Translations under genes and position numbers: made by a program
The notes under the pieces: model-generated
Seen by the model: only the letters and a program-made list of their open reading frames with translations
Database searches by the model: none
What the model was told of the DNA's origin: nothing
Source of the DNA: Raillietiella orientalis
Taxonomy: Eukaryota
Direction: 5' to 3'
DNA length: 64,000 nt
Assembly (NCBI GenBank): GCA_036172245.1
Contig: JAYWIR010000053.1
Coordinates: forward strand, 248,001-312,000
In this document: positions 25,735 through 35,689 of the stretch, piece by piece
Layout: every line of letters begins with the position of its first letter
How positions within the stretch are numbered: the stretch's first letter is position 1

Positions 25735-27405
25735 ATGCCCGAGGACACCGCCACCACGGCGAAGGGGGGCGAGCGAACCTCGTCTCCCCAACCCATGGAT
25801 GTGAGGGACATGTCCCCCACGGAATCGTCCCACGCCCAGGCGAGGGCTTGGAGCGCGGTGGTGGCGGCGCCTGCGCCGCCCCCCGCAGAGGAACAGCGGG
25901 CTTACATGGCCGACGGGTATAACCCGGCCTTGTTATACAAGGTAAATGGCCTGTACTTCCCCGCGGTTTTACGGTCGTTCGCGGCCGAATTTAAGAAATT
26001 GAAAGTCCCGGAGGAAGAAGTCCTCGGGCTTTCCGTGCGAAGTGGCGGGCAGCTGGTTGAGCTGAACTGCAAGTCTGCAGGGATGGCTCAGCAGCTGCTC
26101 CGCCTGCCGGTGACCGTGAACGGTCGAAGAATCTTCCCGTTCACGGCGGACAACTCCATCGTTGTCCACCTCACCGGTATTACGATGAGAATGGCCACGA
26201 CCGCCGTTCGGGAAAGTTTGGAGAAGTTCGGGACGGTCCACGCGTTGTGGGCAAAACCCAATGTCCTGGGTTACACCAGGGCATTTAGTGGTTACGCCGC
26301 TGCGCGCGTGACGGTACGTGCCGAGGGTGGGCTACTTCACAGACTGCAGGTCGGGGAGGAGGAGATCGACCTGTGGTATGTGGGGAAACCCGTATACTGC
26401 GGCTTTTGCCAGGTGTCGGGGCACCTGAAGAAGAGATGCCCCAACATCGTGTGCTTGGGCTGCGGCGCAAAGGGGCACATCAGGCAGATGTGCCCCAACA
26501 GAAAAAGGTCAGTTCCTACAGGCGCGAGGAAAGCAGACACGCCGAAGGAACAGGAACGAAGCCACGAAATGGCAGAAACCCACCCTGCAGACCAACCCGC
26601 TGCTCAGCCATCCACCAGCGAACAACCAGCTGGAGAAAGCGCCGAGAACGAGGAAGGTTGGCAGAAGGTGGAGAAGAGGAAAAAGGCCCCGAAGAAGGAG
26701 GTCAAACGAATCACCAAGGCGGCACCGCTGAAGAAGAAGCAGGTGATCCGCGCTTGTTCGGTAAAAATCGAACGCGTGTCGGTCATAAAAACCGCCGAAA
26801 AAATAGCGGTAAAACCGATCGATACCGTCGACTCCGCGCCGATCGCGCCCGCAGTGACGTCACCATCAGCTGGCGACAATGCCGCTCCGGCATTGCCAGC
26901 GAAGGACGTCTGCGCGGCGATCGATGAAGCCGCTTCCATTGCGCCTGCGCCGTGTGTCGGTGCGGAAAGCGAGGAGGTGGCGCGAATCGAAGACGCGACC
27001 TTCGAGCAGGCCGCGGAAGAGCTGGCAGCCATGTTCAGGCGGCCTGCCAAGGCCGAAAAGAAGGCCTTGAGACGACCGGCGACGGCGAAGGGCCCGGAAT
27101 CTTCCGGGTCCGACGCTGAAGCCGGTTGCTCTACTTCCGCAGCCGTGCCGAAGAGGAAAGCTGGCAAGAAGGCCGGATGCCCGAGACGTGTCGCCTCCTC
27201 CCAAGTGGAGAAGCCCATGTCATCGGGCACGGAGGAGGAGGCAATGTGCGTCGCGTCACGCGAGCCTTCTCCGATCCGTGTCTCGGAAGCCAGCGCAATG
27301 GAAGTCGCTGCTGACGACGTGCTCCCGGGTGAGCAGCCGACCGTCGTCACGGCCGCCAACGAGCCGCCTCCCGAAAGGGAGGAGGCCGCCTCCACCCCAC
27401 CATAA
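25735..27405 (+). CDS. LINE ORF1, gag-like nucleic-acid-binding protein with two CCHC zinc knuckles (556 aa, intact)
   Basis: CGFCQVSGHLKKRCPNIVCLGCGAKGHIRQMC; open from ATG to TAA; directly precedes ORF2. Confidence 0.9.
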   Translation: MPEDTATTAKGGERTSSPQPMDVRDMSPTESSHAQARAWSAVVAAPAPPPAEEQRAYMADGYNPALLYKVNGLYFPAVLRSFAAEFKKLKVPEEEVLGLSVRSGGQLVELNCKSAGMAQQLLRLPVTVNGRRIFPFTADNSIVVHLTGITMRMATTAVRESLEKFGTVHALWAKPNVLGYTRAFSGYAAARVTVRAEGGLLHRLQVGEEEIDLWYVGKPVYCGFCQVSGHLKKRCPNIVCLGCGAKGHIRQMCPNRKRSVPTGARKADTPKEQERSHEMAETHPADQPAAQPSTSEQPAGESAENEEGWQKVEKRKKAPKKEVKRITKAAPLKKKQVIRACSVKIERVSVIKTAEKIAVKPIDTVDSAPIAPAVTSPSAGDNAAPALPAKDVCAAIDEAASIAPAPCVGAESEEVARIEDATFEQAAEELAAMFRRPAKAEKKALRRPATAKGPESSGSDAEAGCSTSAAVPKRKAGKKAGCPRRVASSQVEKPMSSGTEEEAMCVASREPSPIRVSEASAMEVAADDVLPGEQPTVVTAANEPPPEREEAASTPP

Positions 27406-27413
27406 ATACACCA

Positions 27414-30400
27414 ATGCGTGGGCTCGCCTCCTGCCGCCGCTTGCGCATCACCTGTTGGAATGTCAACGGGTTGCGCGACGACGGAAAGAGGCGAGATGTA
27501 GCCGCCATACTGCGAGACTTCGACCTGGTGCTCCTGCAAGAGACGCACGTTCTCCGACCGGGAGATGTCCAGGAAATCGAAAGAATCGCGGGAGGGCGGC
27601 TAATGTGGAGGAACGGAACGGACAACTCCTGCGGAGTGGCCTTTCTGCTAAAGCCAACCGTCGACAACTCACTGCGCAGTGCACGGTTCGACGGGGATGG
27701 TCGAGTTGGGCAGCTTGTGTTCAAGTGGTCCGACTCGATCGACCTCGTAGTCACGAACCTGTACGCTCCGGTGAGCAGCCACAGGGCCGAGGAACGCACT
27801 GCGTTATTCGAAACCTTGCGGCGAGACTGGTTGGCCGAAGCAGGCGTGCGAAGGGCGCACCTCATTGCGGGCGATTTCAATCTCCGCCTGCTGGCAGGTG
27901 CGCCCAGCGGACGAGCACAGCTGGTCAACGAGTTGTGCGCAGCCACGCATGCGCGCAACTTGTTGGCCGGCGATGCCGGGAGAGATCGGAACATCGACCA
28001 CATGTTCCTCGACAACCACCTGTGCACGCGGGTGGGAACTCGAGGAACGCTCCCGGCAGAGCTGTCCGACCATCCACGGCTCGTGCTCGAGTTACATCCG
28101 CGCAATAAGGGCCCTCCCCTGAAAACATGGCGCCTGCCAGGGGATTGGTTGCGCCTCGCAGGAGCGGCGGAACATCTACGCTGTTTCCTGCGAGGATTCC
28201 AGCTTCACACGCTTGCGGACTGGGACGAAATGAAGTGCTCAGTCCGTGAGTTTTGCGACCAGTTTCCCCTGGAACGTCTTCCGCCGGGCTTCGGTGAGGG
28301 TGTCCGGAACGAGCGGGCGTACCTACAGGCGCGCCGTTATTCCCGGCGTCCCGACGTCCGTCGCCTGGCTGAATTCAAGGCTGAGGCGGAGAGGCAGGCC
28401 TGGCAGTCAGGCTCGGCCTGCCTGCTGGATCATCAGGGCCAAGAACTCTCCAGCCCAGCCCAGGTAAGCCGCATCGTGCGGGAGTTTTAGTCCTCCTTGT
28501 ACGCGCCACTGACACCTGAGCGCCATTTCGCGCAGCGCCTGCTGCCGGATGGCGCTCCCGCGCTCAAGGAGGAGGACCGTTCCAGATGGGCGGAACCGTT
28601 CACGATGGCGGAGATCATCTCCGCCATCAACAGGCTAAAGAGAAGGAAGTCACCAGGGGAGGACGGCCTGCCCGCGGAGTTTTACCATCGCTTCGCGCCA
28701 GAGCTGTCCCCCCTGGTGCTCAGGTTAAGTGCGCTGATCCGCGAACACGGCGAAGTTCCCGCCTCGTTCCGGTCAGCTAAAGTACGTCTCCTGCCGAAGT
28801 CAGAAGACTTACGCAACATTGGCAACTGGCGTCCCATCACAGTAGTGAATGCGGACGCAAAGTTGTATGCCAAGTTGTGGGCTGAGCGTTTGGGGCGGGT
28901 GGCCGCTTCCGTGGTGAGTTCCGAGCAGACCTATGCTGTTCCCGGACGAACCATGGAGGCCAACCTGCTCCTCGCCAGCTCATGGTGGCAGTTGCGACAA
29001 CGCGTTGCACAGGACGGTCAAGGGAGCCTCGCGCCCCCTCTGACCAAGAAGATCGGGCAGAGGGTGGGATGGACTCGGCGGGAGCCTTTGCCGTCGCGGT
29101 CGATTTGCACAAAGCATTCGACTGCGTCGACCAGGATCTCCTTCTGGAGCTCCTGGAACGCATGGGTTTCACGGCCGTGCTCCAGTCCTACCTGCGCTCC
29201 TGCTGGCGCAACGCGTCTATGAATATTTGTTTCAGCGGCCGGCACGTGTACGGCGTGCCAGTGCGCCGCGGCATACGGCAGGGTGACAGCCTGAGCCCCT
29301 TGCTCTTCAGCATCTACTTTGAGTTGGTGCTTAGGGCATACAGGGTAACTCTGGCAGCCCTGCCGAGCTCGTGTGCCGGCACGCCTGCCGTGTCGGCCCA
29401 TGCAGACGATCTTCTGCTGCTGCTTCCCGGGTCCACTCCGGCGAGTGCGCTCGAGGATTTCTTCGAGTTGCTGCGCCGCGGGACGGGCCTGGAGGTGAAC
29501 AGGGCGAAGTCGTCCATGGTCTTCGTCGGTTCGGCGTGGGCTGGACGGTCGGATTTGATCCGCTTGGGGATCCCCACGGACAGGTGCTTCAAGTACCTAG
29601 GCGTTCCGATGGGGGAATTCTGCGCAGCAGAAGCCTGGTCCGACCGTCTCCAAAAGGCAGCGTTGGCGACCGGTCCGTTCCAAGAAAGCAAGCTTTACTT
29701 GCAGGAACGGGCCGCGGTGTGGAACGCGTTTGCGGCCCCCCTTCTTCGCCCCCTACTTTTTGTGTGCCCCGCCCCTTACTTCATTCGTAAACGAGCAGCG
29801 GGCCTCCTGAGGACAGTCCTTTGGGGCAAAGGGAGGTCCCGTGTGAGGCTCAAAGACTTGTGCGCTCCACGTAAGGACGGAGGACTTGGCGTTCTTACGC
29901 TGGAGCGCATTGAACTACAACTCCGGTTCAGGACTCTCGCCCTTGCGGCGGAATTGTGGGACACGCCTTGGTGCGTTCCAGCACGCCTCCTGGCCCAACG
30001 AGCCTGCGGATTCGACGGACTTTTGTCGTTTCTGCTGGCACGCGACCGCAGAGAAGCACACGGCTGCTTAATCCTGCGTCGCATGGAAGTTGCGGTACGG
30101 GAGAACGCCTGGATCTCCTGCCGCCCAGGGAACTACTCTGCATGGCTGCACGAGTCTGTGTCCACCTGGGTAAAGATCCACGTTTCGGCGGGCACAAGAA
30201 ACACTTGCCTGCAAAGGCACGCCCGCTGGAAACTGCAGGAGATCGTGCAGTCCCACGAAAAGCGCATGTGGGCTTTGATTACCCCCCTTGCCCCAGTGCT
30301 GCCCTTCCTCATCGACGCCAGGGACAGTAGGGAGCTTGGGAAATGGAACGTGTCCTGCACGATTGGAGGCAGGACACAAACGATTATGGCGTGGACATCT

Positions 30401-30969
30401 CGGCAGCTAGCGGACGCTGCGACACCGAGAGTCCCGCCTAACGGAATTCGACGCTGGGGCGAGCTACTCGGACTATCTCCGGAGGAGATGAAGTGGCCCC
30501 CGGCGTCCTGGAACAATGGATCCCTCCCCCTGAAATGGCAGGATGTGGCGTTGCTTGTGGTCCTCTGGGGACTTCCATTCAAAGCACGCCTTCATCACAC
30601 AACCCGGGGGGCTGTGGATCCTTATTGTGACCGGTGCGGGGAAAAAGAGACCTTCCCCACCTTCTCATCGAGTGCAGTGCCATCCGCCCTTTATGGGATC
30701 GCCTTACGGCGATCCTGGACTTGCGCGGATGCGGCCCTAAGGACGTTTTTAGGCTCCTCTTCCGTAGTGACGCCTTGTCCCCCCCCTCTTCTGTAGCAGT
30801 CCTCTGCTGCAGTCGAGGGATCGTGGCGGCTTGGAACGCCACCAGAAGAAGACGTCAGCCAACTGGCAACGCCTTACGGTTCACCCGCCTATTCGTCCGA
30901 GACGTCTGCAAGTGGCGCCACTTGGGCGCAGAGAGGACTCAGCTTGTACGGATCCTAAATAGGATCTAG
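27414..30969 (+). pseudogene. LINE ORF2 (APE endonuclease, RT, zinc finger), disrupted
   Basis: Stop at 28488-28490, frameshifts near 29040 and 30660, YADD changed to HADD; other EN and RT motifs present. Confidence 0.9.
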
Positions 30970-31193
30970 AGGACCTATCCGCCCGCACGGTGATCCCCTC
31001 CCTGCCCTACCATTCCCGAAACATTTGCTCCCTCCCATACTTCAACTATTTGTTTGTTTTTTGTTTTGTTCTTTCCCAACCCCCGCGGATCGGATGGACC
31101 TCTACGGCATAGCGCCCGTAAATACCAAGCTGTTTTGTAGTGGTGGACCTTTGGGTTCACCACGCGACAATCCATTGTGATTTTATTCTTTTG

Positions 31194-31224
31194 AATAAAT
31201 GCCCCGGCATATCCGGGTGAAAAA
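31194..31224 (+). terminator. Conserved 3'-terminal signal: AATAAA, CCCGG-CATAT-CCGGG hairpin, short A run (representative of 12 copies)
   Basis: Same arrangement at every complete 3' end in the window. Confidence 0.8.
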
Positions 31225-34200
31225 GCGGTTCCGGCTCCGTGCGGCGAAATCGCTACGGTCGCGATCGATAGCGCGGCACACGTTGACGCGAGCGAATCTA
31301 TTGTTCCAGTCCAGTCCACTGGAAGCGTTGTAGTGGCGAGCGAAAGCTCAGCCGCTGCGGTTCCGAACGATAGCGCGCCAGTTGCCGCTATCGAATCGGT
31401 TGTTACGTCACCCGACCTGCCAACAGGCGGCGAAATCCGTGATGACGTGGAACGCATCTCTGATGCAAACTCCGCGCAAGCCGCGGAAGAATTGGCTGCC
31501 TTCCTGAGGCAGCCCGTCAAGGCCGAGAAGAAGGCCGTTCGACGCCCGGCTACGGCAAAAGACCCGGAAACCTCCGAGTCTGACGCCGAAAGCGGGAACT
31601 CGCCCTCCGTTGGCTTGCCGAAAAGAAAACATAAAAATGCAACAGGTGCTCGTAGGCGTGCTGTCACCTCTCAGGAAGAGGTTGAAATGGCATCTGACAG
31701 CGAGGAAGAGTCCATGTGCGTTGCACAATGCGACTCCGTGCCTGAGAGCATCCTTTACCAACTGTTAACTCAGTCCACGGCCGACGGAGTGAGCGATGCC
31801 CCTGAACACTCCAACGACATGGACCCGGACCACCCGTCTTCTGAACAGGAGGCGGTTTCTTCCACCCCACCATAACAACACCATTGCGTGGACTCGCCTC
31901 CTCTAGCCGCTTGCGAATAACCTGTGGGAATGTCAACGGGTTGAGCAGCGACGGGAAGAGGCGAGACGTAGCCGCCATTCTGCGAAACTTCGACCTGGCC
32001 CTACTGCAAGAGACTCACGTGCTCACAACAGAAGCAGGCCAGGATTTCGAAAGAATCACAGGAGGGCGGCTACTGTGGAGGAACGGAACAGACTACTCCT
32101 GCGGAGTGGCCTTTCTGCTGAAGCCGGCAGTCGAAAACTCTCTGCGTAGCGTTCGGTTCGACGGGGACGGTCGAGTTGGACAACTTGTTCGCAAGTGGTC
32201 CGAATCGATCGTCCTCGTTGTGACGAGCATATACGCGCCAATGAGCAACCACGGGGCCGAGGAACGCGCTGCGTTCCTCGAATCCCTGCGGCGAGACTGG
32301 CTGGCTGAAGCAGGCGTACGGAAGGCGCACCTCATTGCGGGCGATTTCAATCTCCGCCTGCTAGCAGGTGCACCCAACAGACGAGCACAGCTGGTCAACG
32401 AGTTGTGCGCAGCAATGAATGCGCGCAACTTGTTGGCCGGTGATACCGGGAGAGATCGGAACATCGATCACATGTTCCTCGACAACCACCTGTGCACGCG
32501 GGTGGGAACTCGTGGAACGCTCCCGGCAGAGCTGTCCGACCATCCACGGCTCGTGCTCGACCTACATCCGCGCAACAAGGGTCCTCCCCTGAAAACGTGG
32601 CGCCTGCCAGGGGACTGGTTGCGCCTCGCAGGAGTGGCGGAACATCTGCGCGCCTTCCTGCGAGAATTACATCTTCAGACGCTCGCGGACTGGGACGAAA
32701 TGAAGTACTCAGTCCGCGAGTTTTGCGAACAGTTTCCCCTGGAGCGTCTTCCTCCGCGCTTCGGAGAAGGTGTCAGGAACGAGCGAGCCTACCTTCAGGT
32801 CCGCCGGTATTCCAGACGACCCGACGTTAGTCGCCTGGCGGAATTCAAAGCTGAGGCGGAGAGGCAGGCCTGGCAGTCAGGCTCGGCCTGCTTGCTGGAC
32901 CATCAGCGCCAAGAACGCTCCAGCCCAGCTCAAGTAAGCCGCATCGTGCGGGAGTTTTATTCCTCCTTATACGCGCCATTAACACCCGAGTGCCAATTCG
33001 CGCAGCAGTTGCTGCCGGATAGGGCTCCCGCGATCGGGGAGGAAGTTTGTTCCAGGTTGTCGGAACCATTTACGGTGGCAGAGATTGTCTCCGCCATCAG
33101 TAAATTAAAGACAAGAAAGGCACCAGAAGAGGACGGCCTGCCCGCGGAGTTTTACAAACACTTCGCGACAGAGCTGGCTCTCCTGGTGCTCAAGATAAGT
33201 ACGCTGATCCGCGAACACGGCGAAGTTCCCGCCTCGTTCCGATCAGCAAAAGTACGTCTCCTGCCGAAGTCAGGAGACCTACGCAACATTAGCAACTGGC
33301 GTCCCATCACAGTGGTGAATGCGGACGCAAAGTTGTATGCCAAATTGTGGGCTGAGCGTTTAGGACCGGTGGCGGATTCCGTGATCAGCCCGGAGCAAAC
33401 ATACGCTGTTCCCGGGCGAACCATGGAAGCCAACCTGCTCCTCGCCAGCACATGGTGGCAGTTGCAACAGCGCTTTGCACAGGACGGTCAAGGGAGCCTT
33501 GAGCAACCCTCCGACCAGAGAGACCCGGTAGAGGGTGGGGCGGAATCGGCGGGAGCCTTCGCCGTCGCTGTCGACTTGCGCAAAGCATTCGACTGCGTCG
33601 ACCAGGATCTCCTTCTGGAGCTCCTGGAACGAATGGGATTCCCGTCCGTGCTCCAGTCTTACCTGCCCTCCTGCTGGCGCAACGCGTTGATTAACATTGT
33701 TTTCAGCGGCCGGCACGTGTATGGCGTGCCAGTGCGCCGCGGCATCCGGCAGGGTGACAGCCTGAGCCCCTTGCTCTTCAGCATCTACTTTGAGTTGGTG
33801 CTGAGGGCATACAGGGTAACTCTGGCAACCCTGCCGAACTCGTGTTACGGCACGCCTGCTGTGTCGGCCTATGCAGACGATCTTCTGCTGCTGCTTCCCG
33901 GGTCCACCCCGGTGAGTGCACTCGAGGACTTCTTCGAGTTGCTGCGCCGCGGGACGGGCCTGGAGGTGAACAGGGCGAAGTCGTCCATAACTTGTACCGG
34001 CTCGGCGTGGGCTGGACGGTCGGACTGGATCCGCTTGGGGATCCCCACGGGCAGGTGCTTTAAGTACCTTGGTGTTCCGTTGGGGGAATTCTGCGTGACA
34101 GAAGCCTGGTCCGACCGTCTACAAAAGGCATCGTTGGCGATCGGTGCGTTTCACGAAGGCAAGTTTTACGTGCAGGAACGGGCCGCAGTGTGGAACGCGT

Positions 34201-35689
34201 TTGCGGCCCCCCTTCTACGCCCTTTACTTTTTGTGTGCCCCGCTTCTTATTTCGTCAGGAAAAGAGCAGCGGGCCTCCTACGGACAGTCCTTTGGGGCAA
34301 AGGGAGGTCCCGTGTGCGTCTTAAAGACTTGTGCGCTCCACGTAAAGACGGTGGACTTGGCCTACTTACGCTGGAGCGCATGGAAGTACAATTTCAGTTT
34401 AGGACTCTCGCCCTTGCGGCGGAATTGTGGGACACGCCTTGGTGCGGTCCAGCACGACTTCTGGCCCAGCGAGCCTCAGGATATAGCGGACTTTCTTCGT
34501 TTCTCTGGGCGCGCGACCGCAGACAAGCACACTCCGGCTTTCATCTGCGGCGCATGGCCGTTGTGGTTCGGAAGAACACCTGGATCTCCTGCGTCCCAGG
34601 GAACTACTCGGCATGGTTGCACGAGACAGTCTCCACTTGGGAAAAGCTTCACGTTCCGGCGGGCACAAAAAACACTTGCCTGAAAAGGCACGCCCGCTGG
34701 ACGCTACAGGAGATCGTGCAGTCCCACGATCAGCTTCTGTGGGCCCTGATAACCCCGCTTGCTCCTGTGCTGCCCTTCCTACAAAACGCTAGAGACAACA
34801 GGGAGCAGGGGAAATGGACCGTATCCTGCACCATCAAAAGTAGGACACAAAAGATTAAGGCGTGGACATCTCGGCAGCTAGCGGACGCTGCGACGCCGAG
34901 TGTCCCGCCCAACGGAATCCGACGCTGGGGAGAGCTACTCGGACTATCTCCGGAGGAGATGAAGTGGCCCCCAGCGTCTTGGAATAGTGACTCTCTCCCC
35001 CTGAAATGGCAGGAGGTGGCGCTGCTCGTGATACATTGGGGTTTACCCTTCAAGGCACGCCTCTCTCACTCCACTCGGGGGGCTGTGGATTCCCAGTGCG
35101 ACCGGTGCGGGGAGAAAGAGACATACCCCCACCTCCTTATTGAGTGCATTGCTCTCCGCCCTCTCTGGGATCGTCTTGCAGCAATCCTGGACATTCGCGG
35201 AGGCGGCCCTAAAGATGTTTTTAGGCGACTCTTCTTGCGTGATGCCTTGTCCCCTCCCGCTTCTGTGGCAGTTCTTTGCTGCATTAGAGGGATCGTGTCG
35301 GCTTGGAACGCGACAAGAAGAAGGCGCCAAGCTTGCGGCAATGCGGTACACTGGACTCGCCTTTTTGTGAGAAACATTTGCAGGTGGAGACACCTGGGTG
35401 CACAACGGACGCAGCTTGTGAAGATCCTGAACAGGATCTAGAGGACCTTTAAGCGTGCAATGTGATTCCCGTCCCGCCCTCCCTTCCCAAACATAAGTAC
35501 TCCCTCCAACTTTTACATTTTTTTGTCTGTTTTGTTTTTTTCTTCCCGTTCCCGCGCGTTGGAAGAACCTCGACGGTTTAGAACCGGCAAGAAGCAGGCT
35601 GCTTTGTGCTGAACCATCAGGTTCTTCACCCGAAAATTACATGTATTTTTATTTTTTTAAATAAATGCCCCGGCATATCCGGGTAAAAA
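31225..35689 (+). mobile_element. 5'-truncated family B2 LINE (ORF1 C-terminus, intact ORF2, 3' UTR)
   Basis: ORF1 tail ends at 31875; ORF2 open; terminal hairpin at 35660-35689. Confidence 0.92.
31875..35441 (+). CDS. LINE ORF2: APE endonuclease, reverse transcriptase, C-terminal zinc finger (1188 aa from ACA; no AUG start)
   Basis: NVNG, QETH, YAP, GDFN, IDH, SDH; NWRPIT, DLRKAFD, GIRQGDSLSPLLF, YADD, KYLG; CDRCGEKETYPHLLIEC. Uninterrupted frame; start codon is inferred. Confidence 0.93.
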   Translation, partial: TTPLRGLASSSRLRITCGNVNGLSSDGKRRDVAAILRNFDLALLQETHVLTTEAGQDFERITGGRLLWRNGTDYSCGVAFLLKPAVENSLRSVRFDGDGRVGQLVRKWSESIVLVVTSIYAPMSNHGAEERAAFLESLRRDWLAEAGVRKAHLIAGDFNLRLLAGAPNRRAQLVNELCAAMNARNLLAGDTGRDRNIDHMFLDNHLCTRVGTRGTLPAELSDHPRLVLDLHPRNKGPPLKTWRLPGDWLRLAGVAEHLRAFLRELHLQTLADWDEMKYSVREFCEQFPLERLPPRFGEGVRNERAYLQVRRYSRRPDVSRLAEFKAEAERQAWQSGSACLLDHQRQERSSPAQVSRIVREFYSSLYAPLTPECQFAQQLLPDRAPAIGEEVCSRLSEPFTVAEIVSAISKLKTRKAPEEDGLPAEFYKHFATELALLVLKISTLIREHGEVPASFRSAKVRLLPKSGDLRNISNWRPITVVNADAKLYAKLWAERLGPVADSVISPEQTYAVPGRTMEANLLLASTWWQLQQRFAQDGQGSLEQPSDQRDPVEGGAESAGAFAVAVDLRKAFDCVDQDLLLELLERMGFPSVLQSYLPSCWRNALINIVFSGRHVYGVPVRRGIRQGDSLSPLLFSIYFELVLRAYRVTLATLPNSCYGTPAVSAYADDLLLLLPGSTPVSALEDFFELLRRGTGLEVNRAKSSITCTGSAWAGRSDWIRLGIPTGRCFKYLGVPLGEFCVTEAWSDRLQKASLAIGAFHEGKFYVQERAAVWNAFAAPLLRPLLFVCPASYFVRKRAAGLLRTVLWGKGRSRVRLKDLCAPRKDGGLGLLTLERMEVQFQFRTLALAAELWDTPWCGPARLLAQRASGYSGLSSFLWARDRRQAHSGFHLRRMAVVVRKNTWISCVPGNYSAWLHETVSTWEKLHVPAGTKNTCLKRHARWTLQEIVQSHDQLLWALITPLAPVLPFLQNARDNREQGKWTVSCTIKSRTQKIKAWTSRQLADAATPSVPPNGIRRWGELLGLSPEEMKWPPASWNSDSLPLKWQEVALLVIHWGLPFKARLSHSTRGAVDSQCDRCGEKETYPHLLIECIALRPLWDRLAAILDIRGGGPKDVFRRLFLRDALSPPASVAVLCCIRGIVSAWNATRRRRQACGNAVHWTRLFVRNICRWRHLGAQRTQLVKILNRI

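Larger units (their letters stand above)
25640..31224 (+). mobile_element. Full-length family B1 LINE (about 5.6 kb)
   Basis: 5' motif GGACGAGTTTTT, ORF1, ORF2, 3' UTR, AATAAATGCCCCGGCATATCCGGGTGAAAAA. Confidence 0.92.

Noticed and set aside
31875..35441. Prokaryotic RT system (retron, group II intron, DGR, CRISPR-RT) or telomerase
   Set aside because: The RT is fused to an APE endonuclease, preceded by a CCHC gag-like ORF1 and followed by AATAAA, which is a eukaryotic LINE layout. No repeat-spacer array or template/variable repeat pair is visible.
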